Assembly (NCBI GenBank): GCA_009103225.1
Contig: RHPI01003124.1
Span: 62,001 to 126,000, forward strand
DNA: 64,000 nucleotides
Direction: 5' to 3'
Source of the DNA: Chlorokybus atmophyticus
Lineage: Eukaryota > Plantae > Mesostigma and Chlorokybus algae
Made by a program: the position numbers and the translations under genes. The notes below the pieces were generated by a model, which worked only from the letters and a program-made list of their open reading frames with translations, had not been told where the DNA came from and ran no database searches. This document shows positions 1 to 10,880 of this stretch, one piece after another. Every line of letters starts with the position of its first letter. Within the stretch, counting starts at the first letter, position 1.

Positions 1-1333
1 CCCGCAACGAGGTCCATCAATCTGCTTACTTCAGTTCAACACAACCTGGATTGGATCAGCCGGTCTGACAACAACCAGTTACCGTCGATACGGATCACAT
101 TTACGCAACTTCTGAAGCGTTTGCTTGATCGGCGGCGGTGTTGGTGGGGACATGCTTGGCGGGGCGTGGCGGCAGCTGCCGCGGTTGAGGCGGGGCTTAA
201 ATGGAGTGTTGCCACGTGTAGTAAGGAGTAGTGGTAAACCGCAACCGTTAACGACAGCCTTGCGGACAGCCGCAGCTGCAGCTCACTGGTCCCTCATGCC
301 AGCTACTGTTGCGCCGCAGCTCCCTACAAGACCTCTCCAGGCCCGGCCCTGGCAGCTATTACTTTACGCCACAAAAGGTAGTAGTAACTGTTTCGTGCTC
401 AAGCGAGCACATGCATACAGTTGCTGAGGTCTGTTAGCAGAAGCCCAATTGGGGACACTTGGGTGCTGCATGCTCCATGCAGACGTGACCAAATTGCCCG
501 GACATTAGCTTGTAAGGTAGCTATCAAGTAGGCCCGATTACAGTGAGTTTGCATGTTGACTTCTGCTTTAGCATACGGTTCACAAGTGCATCAGTTAAGC
601 AGAAACAATTGTGCACCAATGTCGCCTGCGTCTTCGGTTTGTCAGCTGCATTTCTTTGTTGCATTTCACAGATGACGATGGAACATGACGGAACATACTC
701 CGCGTGCGAGGTTAGATGACGATGGCACGTAACATCGATCAAAGAAGCGAGCAGCCAACAAGCAGGCGAGGATGGAGAAACTGGTTGCGTGATTGCATTG
801 TTGTCGCGAGGAACAGAGGAAGTGTTGCAGCTAGGTTGTACAGCAAACCTGTGTAATCAGGGTTGTATGAAAGCGATGCAGTGCCTTGCTGATCGCTACA
901 CATACTGCATTTCCATGTCTATGCGCAAAGCGTGCTCAACGCAACAATCATGGTGTTGCAGTTGCTGGCTTGATTACTAGGATTAGGGATACACTGTCAC
1001 CACGCAATGTCGCGGAGTGCCTGCTGTCCGCCATTGATGCACTGAGTCAATCAGCAGGGCAACAAGCTACCAATGAGCTCCAGGCTTGAGCATGTTTCTT
1101 ATGGAATGTCATGATTATCAGCAAGGCCTACGCTTATGTGCAGCAAAGAGATCCAGACGCCACAACAGCCCTGACTTGGAGGGGTGTTTATTGCACAGGT
1201 GAGTTGCCACTGCTTGCTATCAGGAAAATTGCAAGTTGCAAACAACAGACCACTACACCTACTGTACCCTAGCAGCCAAACACTATGTAGTGCGCGCTGT
1301 GTAATGCTCATGTCAGTGGAGGCCATACCGCAT

Positions 1334-2756
1334 TCAAGGCAAGTAGAGGCCCCTGCCTTTGCGGTCTTCACCATCGTCATCGCCAAGCCCTGTCATGCGT
1401 CGCAGCACTGCCTCCAGCTCATTGCGCCTGTCGCCTTCTTCCACCCACACCTGCGCCACATATGCGAGCACGCACATAGGCCAGTGCTCCGGAGGCCCTG
1501 GCCAAGACCAACAACAGAGTCGTAAGTCAATCATGCTAGCCTGCTGTGAAGCTGCCTATGGCGCACTTGCGCGGGTTGCAAGCATTCTTCGCACCTGTCA
1601 GCAGTCCTGTTTGCGAGTCCCCTTCCCTCTCCAACTTTTTCCACAGGTTTTCTAGCGTGTCTTCCACTGGCAACTCGTGCACGTCCAGCGATACATCAAT
1701 GTTACGATATTTTCCGGCAGGAAAGCTTACTGCGCGCGCCAGTGCAAACATACTGTTGTACTGTGATTCGGATTCAAAGCCCTGCAAAATGCAACACGTA
1801 TAAGACATGTACAGTAACTAAAATGCAATGTACATGTGTACATACATGTTGGCGCCTGGCCGTGTCAGTTGCAATCACTGATTCATGAACATGACATAGC
1901 TTCGCTTTTGGTGCAAAAGTGTAAACAACCTCATGAGCTGTTTGCGCGCAAAAATGCACAGCGCAAGTATCTACAACACGGAGCACGCCAGTAACCACGC
2001 TCGCGACAAGCGTACTTGCGGATGAAGCAGCGTCTAACCTCAAAGTCTGCGTGACGATGGCTGCCGTCAAGTAACAACAAGACCGGCTTCTGAACAACAA
2101 CGACTCCTTGGCGCACCACGGTGTCCCCTTTGCACACCTCTGACTCACTCAGAAGAATGTACGGCAACTTGGTTTCTGTGGTCTCCAGCAAACTCGCTCT
2201 GTACGCAAACAATCAAGCATTGCTTCTTGTTATCACTGGTTAATGCAGTGACTGTTGTACAGCAGATAAAACCTTGCAATTGATGTAATCGCAACGTCGA
2301 AACTACCAATCGCAAGTAAGCACAAGGCAACTTGTCGATGCTGCATGCATACGCTATCTGTTGGTAGCATGCAACCTGTGCAGGACACTGTCAAACCTAC
2401 CGGACAGCAATCGTGAACAGTCAAAGGCCATTACTGCATGCAGTTACTAGTTATTGAGAACGGTCTCAGCTGCAGCGAGGAGCGGCATTGAAGCTTGCAA
2501 ACAGCATTGCACCGCGTTTCACTTACTTCCGCTGCCTGTGAATTTTTGTCTCAAGGAAGGATCGTGCGATGGAGTCTTCAAGCTGCCCCATGCGGACCAC
2601 TAGCCTCGCTCCCCTGGACGCCCCATGACCACCACTACTGCCACCAGCAGGCCGTCGCCGAAGTCGCTGACCTCGCCTGTGCGACCTCAGCAGCCGTCCA
2701 CCCTCGCTCACGTCCGCTAGCTGCGACACCCTTGGCGACACCCCCGCCGCCTCCAT
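1334..2756 (-). CDS. Hypothetical multi-exon protein, no recognised family; 5' exon structure uncertain
   Basis: Phase-consistent 3' exons: ...TARRQH|GFESESQYNSMFALARAVSFPAGKYRNIDVSLDVHELPVEDTLENLWKKLEREGDSQTGLLT|GPPEHWPMCVLAYVAQVWVEEGDRRNELEAVLRRMTGLGDDDGEDRKGRGLYLP*, with GTATGT/GTGCGA donors and CAG acceptors. A GTAAGT donor lies near 2526 and a candidate ATG at 2756. Confidence 0.45.
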
Positions 2757-3534
2757 CGTTGCTGCGACCAGTGCCGCCTTCAAGCGCCGCACCACAACGC
2801 CAGACCAGGCCACCACGGCACAGCTTTCATTCAGGCAGTGAGCGCATGCGAGCTGAGCTTCAAGGCATTGACAGCTGAGGTGGCGGCGAGGGTTTCAATT
2901 GTTTGTTGCTTTGCCTGTTGTTGCGGCGGTGGGTGGGCCGCCGTCGTCGGCAGCGTCATGTGGTGACCGCTTCTGCTGAACGTGCGACAAGTTTCTGACT
3001 TTCTGCTGGCGCTGCATTGGGGTTGGTGAGGGATAAGCAATACGCATTTGCGTTGAGTCGTTTGGGATGCTGCCCAGCAGCTGTGCTCACAAACGAGGTG
3101 GCAAGCATTGCTGGGTTCCGCCATGCTGCTGTGCACTCGCTGTTGCTGTGGAATGAATGTCATGCTGTGCGCTTGCGCGGCTTTGCAGCATCGCGCATAG
3201 TCGTTCGTTCTGTGGTCAGTGGCAGCATTAGCTCAGTAGGTTCGGATGCAGCCAGCTGAACAACTGTACATGTCATGCTTGAATTTGGCTGGTGCACTGA
3301 CTGACAAACACACCATCTGGCTCTGTGTTGCACTCTACTCAGCAAGCCACAAGGCCATGAGAGTGAACACAGCATGCTTCTCAGCGGGTTGTGCTTACTT
3401 GTTAAACGAGCCCAGTGCTGTATGCATTGTCGCAAGCGTGACCTGTCATTTGCATGCACTTGCCATAGTTGTCATACCTGTGTTTCTCTTCCTAATCGCA
3501 GTCTGACTTGCTAGTACAATTGTCAACAAGCGCG

Positions 3535-6500
3535 ATGGCTGAAGATGCAGCAAAAGCAGCAGAAACCACAGTTGAGGAAGAGGTACCGAATGGTGAAGTG
3601 CTTGCAACCGGCTGCACTGATTGGGCAAACGTCAACAAGCCGACAGTGGATACAGCAAAGTACCCGAACCTGGCAACACCTCATCGCCTAGCGGGCCTGA
3701 CTGGTGTTCAGATAACCAACATATCAGCTGGCTGCAGTAAGTCAAAGGCATTGCATTGCAAAGCCATGCGTTGAGGCATGGCCTTATGTCCAGGGCTGGA
3801 TCTTGTTTGAACAGCTGTGCGCAGATGCCACTCACTGCATTGCCACGGATGTCGACGGCAACTGCTACACATGGGGAAGAAACAGTGTACGTTGTACAAC
3901 TTGTGGTTTGCATGCAGCTAGCTGCATGCAAACCAAAGGCAGTTATGTCAAGCCCACGGCTCCATTGGCAGTCTCACAGTCAGCAACTCTGGCTCGCAGA
4001 ATGGGCAGCTTGGACATGGCGACACAAAACACCATAATGTGCCCTCGGTAGTTGAGGCACTTAGAGGGTAAGTGTTGATCAACTGTCCAGGACACAGGCT
4101 TGCTTACTCACACAGACTTGTTGACCGCAGGAAGAGAATAGTGGGTGCTGCAGGTGGCAAAGCTTTCACAGTGGTCATAACGGACACTGGCGATTCGTAC
4201 TCATTTGGCAACAACAAGCATGGGCAGCTGGGGCTCGGGGACACAAGAAAAGGTCAGCGCATGTTTGTTAGAGCTGAGTTGGTTAGCTGTCACCATCGTG
4301 TCCCCTGTGCTGTTTGCCCTGCAGACTTTGTAGACCTGAGTCATTGTGCATGAGACGCTGTCTGGTCAAGAGCACTACCTCAGTTGTGTGTATCTCCCTC
4401 TTCTGCGCTGCAGAAGTTGTCACGACACCTACAAAGAACCTGGTGACAAACGCCACCTTTGTTGCTTGCGGTGCGGAGTTTGCCACGTGGTTGAGTTCAT
4501 CAGGGGCGTGCATGTAAGTCGAGCAGGCAGGCAGTGTAGGGTTCCCTCCTGATACCTAGATTACACTATTGGTCCCTCAATAATCAGCATGTAGGCACTG
4601 CTGGCATGAACTGGCTATGACACAATGGCATCAACCTTACCAACCAGCTTGGCGCTTTTGCTCCATGCTTGTCAAAACTCACATGGCATATGTGTTGTGC
4701 AGAACTGCAGGGCTTCCACAGTATGGACAGCTCGGGCATGGCTCAGACCATGAGGTAAATACCATGCACTTTTACTGGTCTTACCTTCTACACGCTCGAT
4801 GGTGGCTTGCGATGTGTCCGCTCAGGTGAACACCAGTGCATCAAGTGTGAAGTTGATCTACGAGCCGCAACCAAAACCGAAGGCCATCGCTGCGTTCAAG
4901 GACAAGACTATCACAAAAGTGGCTTGCGGCTCGAATCACTCGGTCGCTGTGGATAGCAACGGGCATGTGTATAGGTTAGGCACTGGTACAACGGTTGCCA
5001 CCATATTATTGCATCTTGCTGTTGGCAACTTTGTCCCTGCTTTTGCTCTATCACCATGGCTTGTAGCACACTGCTGAAAATGCTCTTGCTGGCAGTTGGG
5101 GTGCGGGCGGGTTTGGCAGGTCCGTTGACTTTGATGTAGCTACTGTCACAGCCTGCTTGTCAAGTGACCCATAAAGCAGGTGTGATATGCGTGCTCTCAC
5201 CTGCACATTAACCACTGCACCAGGTTAGGGCATAAAGACCAGAAAGACATACTCAGCCCTCGGCAGCTGGAAACCTTTACCAATCGCATGGTATGCGATC
5301 CGGAAAAGGCGGTTGTTGCCTGTGGTACCACATTCAGCGGCGTTACCACTCGTAAGTCCCTCCCGCCGAGCCATGGTCATCTCATGCATTGTGTCAAGCT
5401 CATGCTTGCCGACCCAGCCGTTGTTCAAGCAAGCCTTTCGCTTTAGGTGCTGCGGGTTTATTCATGTGGGGGCTTTGGAAAGCAGGTGATGCCAGGTAAT
5501 GCATGCTGTACATTGCCGTCACTGATCACAGTAGGAGCACCATGGATTCCCACGACCACTTACCTCTCTTTATGATTTTCAACAGTATGTACCCCAAGCT
5601 TCCATTTATGGACCTTAGCGGGTGGAACTTGCGCTCCATGAGTTGTTCCAAAGCGCTGTATGTTTCCGCGGAGAAGTCGACTATCAGCTGGGGTCAGGGT
5701 GTCGTATACGGCGAGCTAGGCTTTGGAGAAGGCGGCAAAAAGTGAGAGTACTACAGTACTGTTGACCTTGCAATTGTGCGCAGTGTTCCTGCACTCGCCT
5801 GTCGTCTCATAGTCTCAGTGCAGGACTACGAGTTGTCTTCCTGACAATGGCATAGTGTGCGCCAATGCAGTGACATGCTTGGTGCGTTTTCTTCAGGTCT
5901 TCTGCCAGGCCGGAAAAGATTACCGCTCTGGAAGGGATGCTGACATTGAAGTAAGCCTTCAAGTACACAACCACTGCATCCATGGAGCATCTGCTGGTTG
6001 CTTGCGACTTCACGACATCATGTATCTCTTGCAATGTGATCAGGGTGGCAGCGGGAGCTGGGCATGCGCTCTTTCTTGTTGACCGCACAGACAACCCTGA
6101 CCTTAATAAGGTCGTGCTGTTGTTGGCTTGCGCATGTGTTGAAAGTGACTTGTTACTGAAACTCGCTCTGTGACAGATGCCTCTATATGAGCCTGCAGAA
6201 GCTATAGGTAAGCATTTTGGCAGTCATGCTGCCTTAATGTCGATGCTATAGCAGTTGCTGTTGTTATACCGATAAGCTGATTGGGTGTGCACATGCGGAC
6301 ATAGTGGAAGAAAATGTCAGTATTGAGGATGGCCATGATGGAGAGGCCACTGCCGGAAAGAAGAGGAAGGCAGATGAAGCCCCTGGCCGAGGCCGAGGAC
6401 GCGGAAGGGGCCGGGGTGGCAAAGCCGGCAGGTTTGCATGTTGCGTACATGCGTGTTGAACTTGCAGCGCTTGCATGGGCTCTTAACTTTGCGATGCACC

Positions 6501-6582
6501 TGGCAGAGGCAATGGTGCATCTGCAGAGCCTGCACCTTCTGCGCGAGGAAGGGGACGTGGACGAGGAAGGGGCAAGAAGTGA
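3535..6582 (+). CDS. RCC2: RCC1-repeat protein, RCC2/TD-60-like (multi-exon)
   Basis: Spliced exons give MAEDAAK...ISAGC, ATHCIATDVDGNCYTWGRN, SYSFGNNKHGQLGLGD, AGLPQYGQLGHGSDHE, KVACGSNHSVAVDSNG, RLGHKDQKD, ISWGQGVVYGELGFG and VAAGAGHALFL. The C-terminal KKRK and RGRGRG repeats end at TGA 6580-6582. The AGLPQYGQLGHG motif is typical of RCC2. Confidence 0.9.
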
Positions 6583-8103
6583 TAAGCTGCCAGCAAAAGC
6601 ATGCAGAACGCTTTTGCTGGCAGCGTATCACTTCTTGCATTTGATCACTCAATTCACACATCTGGTCCGCGTAACATTGCACATGCAGTGTCACGAGGGG
6701 CACAGCTTGCATAGAGCATGTCCTTGTGCAACTAGTTGTGCGGCTTGCATGCGCCCAATAGCGCGGCTGTATTGGGAAATGTGGGTCCCACAAGCAGCAC
6801 ATAAGCTTGGAAGCCAAGTGTCTATCAATTATGCAGCAAGTGCCCTCAACTACAGAACAGCATTTGAGTTTTGAAGCAGGCAAACCCTGCCGAAAGAATT
6901 GTCACCAGCCTAGTTCTTTAACGCGGATGCTTTTGCTGGATACCCTTACTTGTATACAACATGCTTCATTTGTTGTGGGAATGTTGTACAGGATATGCGC
7001 ATGGTAGTTGTAGACACGCGTAACACAGCTTGCCCGTGCCACAGACATGCGGTACTACTACTACGAACCCCACCACCCAACTCCACCAGCAGCACCTAAG
7101 TGCCAACTGCACGGTAAGGGTGACATAACGGGGAGGGGCAGGCCAGAGGGGCGGGGCAGAGGGGCCCTGGCGGATGAAGAATGACAAGGGTTACAGCGAT
7201 TGCAAGAGTAGGGGTGGGATGAGAGAGGAGGCGTGGGAGAGGGACAGGGAGGGTGGGGAGGAGAAGGGGTGCATTCGCAAGCTGCATATTGACACAATCA
7301 CCGCTGTGAAGTTGATACCGTTGCTGACGCTGCTACTATGCTTGATACACGTAAAAACCACTCCATGTGCATAACCAACAGGGTGGGGTAGCTAATAGTG
7401 GATAGCTGTAAGTAGTTGGCTGTGCCCGGTGGTGTAGGTTGGCAAATGAAGGTATGTGGTGGAAGAATGGCGTATCCTGCCAGTTATTGAGTGCCACTGC
7501 ACATGTTCAACAAATACGAGGCATTTAGAGCATGCCTAGAATGATTCTTGAGAATTATGTACTCACAACAGCATACACACCAGCATAGGGTATATATAGC
7601 AAGGGGCCAACAAGCAACCACAGCAGCCAATAGCAACGCAACCACAATAAAATCAACAAACACCACAACAAACACAAAGCAATACATAGCTAGCTAGCTA
7701 CACTAAGGGGGCTGCTACTTATGTGCAATGTGTAGGCCGTGGAGCAGGCAGTGGCAGTTAGGACAGATCTGCCCAACTGTCTGCACAAGGTAGGGGGTAG
7801 GCAAAGGCGAATTATAGGTAGTGCTAATAGGCAGGGGAGTGGATAGCAACAACGACCATGCCAACAATGCTGATGACAACGACCAGCCCCCGCCGTCAGC
7901 AGCCTCATGACTTGTATTGACTGGTCGCAACTCACAACGGTTGCAGACTAACAGCCGTTAGAGTTAGGGTGAGACAGGCAAATTCTGCATCATATAGTGT
8001 GCAAGCAGATGTGCCAGCAGATGTGCCAGCAGATGTGAGACTCCAAGCATACTGTGGGCATGTGAAATAATGCTCCCCATTGGTGGTGACAATTGCTCAC
8101 CCG

Positions 8104-8560
8104 TCATTGCCAGTGGCCGCAGCAGCCGCAATCACATGAATCATATGTGGAATCATACACAAAACCTAGTCGTGTCCACAACACTGCCCGGAGCCTGGAC
8201 AGCAGGGTGCGCTTGTTGTACCCCATAGATTGCATATCATCCAGCAGCCTAGCCACCTTCTCCAGAAAGTGTACCTTGTATATAGAGGTACGCATGAACT
8301 TGAAAGTCTGTGAGACCACAACATAGAGCTTGGTAGCTCGTGCAATGGTTGAGGCAGGATGTGGGGTCCTCATCACAGGCACAGTGCTATATGTTGGCTC
8401 ACGCAGCTTGCTGTACAGCCTGGTGCACACTCCTTTGTCTCGTTCGTCTGAAACATTAACATGTTCAAGTATGGGACTACAGCACATGCATATCGCATGC
8501 AAGCACGTTTGTATACACCACTACTGGTGTCATACCATAGTATGGGACATGGTTAAATGG
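8104..8560 (-). mobile_element. Degenerate Penelope-like retroelement fragment (RT C-terminal/thumb region), frameshifted
   Basis: Minus strand reads GVY...VVPYLNMLMFQ, then after a frameshift TRLYSKLREPTY...PHPASTI...VVSQTFKFMR...FLEKVARLLDDMQSMGY. This matches the PLE order GIYP-PYLD-LYDK-PH.S-SQ..RF.R-GY. No intact YxDD is visible. Confidence 0.65.
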
Positions 8561-10119
8561 CATGTGGCTCCTCTTATGGCAGCAACTTTTGCTGCCGTAG
8601 CCTAGTGGTGAAGGCGCCGATGTTACAACTAAGCTACACCACTGTTCATTCACACTTAACATGTCTTTTTATCATAAGTAGGTGCCTGATACGCAAGGTG
8701 GTTGATAGCTTGTCGTATTGAGCACGGATGCATGTTATCAATGCTGCAAATTGCATGTTTTATCGAGTAAACCTAAGTAGAGGTTTGTAGATGCAAGTTT
8801 GGGGTATAGTAAACTAGCATTGCTTACAAACTAGAAAAACTATGTACCACCTCGCCTTACCTTTAACTCTACCATAGTTGCGAGATTTGCCTTCAATTCA
8901 ACCACCTCCATCAATTCCTTATTTAATTTATAGCAATAGATTTGACCCATGGCATTGCAATGTTATGATAATCATTTATAATGCATGATACTCATCATTA
9001 ATAAAACATAGTAAAGTAACTTTGATATGCATTTACAATTTGTCAAAGCGCTTGTTTTAAGCTATAGCGTTTTTTAGCTCATCAAGTTCAACAATTCATC
9101 ATGTTAACGTGTTGATAACACAAGATCATCATGATGTTTATTAATTTGTTGTACATTGGTACACGCAAGCTTTGCATATATTTGAAATTGTAAAGTGGTC
9201 TGAGCTTATCCGTAGCCCAAACGCAAAGCAGTAGCAAAAGGACAACAAGGTCACACGGCACAAGCATACGCACAAGCACGGTAAGGACTTTATTATAGTA
9301 AGGGCAATGCAAGACGACAATTATGTGCTTCGCCTAAGTGCGTGCAAATGGGGTGAAGGGGAGTGAGGCATCAGTAGGTTGCAACAACCAACCAACCTGT
9401 AGTAAGCAGTGCGGTTCGATATAACGCAGCTGAAGATGTGAATGTGATGTTCGAAACCATTATTACTTTATTATTATAATGTGCGCATATTTGCTTCGGT
9501 TTATGTACGAATGATACGTACACATTTATCGCACATTTGTCAAAAACTTCGTAACTGCGTACAAAACATTATGAAGTGAGTAATCGTATTCAAGTGCCCC
9601 CCCCCGCTGGTTGTTAATAGAGTAATACTAGTGGTGATGTAAGGCCTACATATCGCTTATGCAATTCAGTAATAGTATATGATATACCAATGTCACATGA
9701 TCAACGGTGGATCAAAAACTCTTGATTGTTTATGCTAACTTCAAGTTGTACAATCATAGGAAGATGACCCTTATGATACTAGGATCACCAAGTCAGTCAT
9801 TATACATGAAATCTATGTTAAGTACAGGTATGCATTAGGCCCCAAGCTAAGCCCTCTCGTGAATAAAGCTTTGAATGGGTGGGTGGGTGGCTGTGCGTGT
9901 GGGACTGCAGTGGATTGTCATGTGTGCTTTTGCATTTGTGGCATAGCGTGCAGCGCATGAGTAAAGCACTTACTGGATATATGCATGTCACATAACATTG
10001 TGAGACACTTGTTGTCATTATGCAAGTTCACATGCAGGCCTAACAATAGGGGTCAAATTGCGTGTGCCATGCGCATGCGAACCACCGATGCAGAATACTT
10101 AAGTCTAGCCCCTGCGTGG

Positions 10120-10600
10120 GCAGCTTGCGGCCTGCCGGCGCCATGCAGGACCTTCGGGTGGCCAAGAACAATTCCCCGCGTTTTTCAACAGGGCTTGCAA
10201 ATTCCTGTTTGTGGGCGGTTACACTGGACTGGGGAAACTTCCCTGACGGGAAGCCAAACAAAGCGCAACTTTCATTCCCAAATCCCGCAAACTTTGGGCA
10301 ATATCCTCGTTGTGGATAACCACGGGACATTCAACTTGCTGTCAGCATCGAGGAAACTCTGAAATTAAAGTAGTTGCGGCGGTTCCTAGCCGCGGAAGTG
10401 GCTCAGCCACGGTGGCTGCAAGCCACAGACGGCGGTCAATTGCGAGCCGTTCACCACTTGACCGTGAGGGAGCTTGTCGGTGACCCCCTGTGCATGGGGT
10501 AGAAATCCGCATGTATGGGCATCTTGCCCGCGGTGAGACCGGCTGGTTTCGAGAGAGCGCCGGAAGGGAGCAGTTACAAACTGATTGCTCTAACCGGCTC
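10120..10600. other. Hairpin-dense segment; candidate structured ncRNA or element terminus
   Basis: About ten consecutive short stems: accTTCGggt, cttccc-tgac-gggaag, cccaaa..tttggg, gcggc..gccgc, gtggc-tca-gccac, gtggct-gca-agccac, acggc..gccgt, acccc..ggggt, gggca-tct-tgccc, and gccgg..ccggc enclosing gagca..tgctc. Confidence 0.4.
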
Positions 10601-10880
10601 TGTCACATATCCATGATTGAGGCTTACATCAATAAAGGTAAGCGATATCGCTGCCAACGCTAATACTTGATGACCTGGTTAAAACATCGCGTTACCTAAA
10701 CAGCGTAGAGTCGATATCGTTAGCATTACTGCTGAAAGATTGAGATATCAGCACATTGGTTGGCTAGTGGCAGGGAATAAGTTTAACCGTAGCTGTGGAA
10801 AACTGTCTCAAAGGGCATGTGCCAGTTATAGCAACCATAAAATTAACGCTCAGCAAGGCAGAGCATTGCGTGAGTGTACA

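Noticed and set aside
152-378. MLGGAWRQLPRLRRGL... resembles a mitochondrial presequence exon with a donor near 378
   Set aside because: I could not find a downstream exon that continues in phase, so no gene is called.
1931-2212. KPVLLLLDGSHRH resembles the pogo/DDE_1 transposase motif
   Set aside because: No other DDE motifs; the frame closes quickly and overlaps the host-like spliced gene.
9400-9460. ctgaaga...cgaaac looks like a hammerhead ribozyme core near the PLE fragment
   Set aside because: Stem II does not close (T-C) and stems I and III do not pair properly.
10309-10319. Perfect DnaA box (TTATCCACA on the - strand)
   Set aside because: A single 9-mer is expected by chance, and the context is eukaryotic.
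10345-10630. Assignment of the hairpin region to RNase P/MRP, SRP, group I intron or telomerase RNA
   Set aside because: P4 strands do not pair, the SRP helix-8 CAGG side is missing, P7 cannot form, and no telomeric template is present. Kept only as an unassigned structured region.
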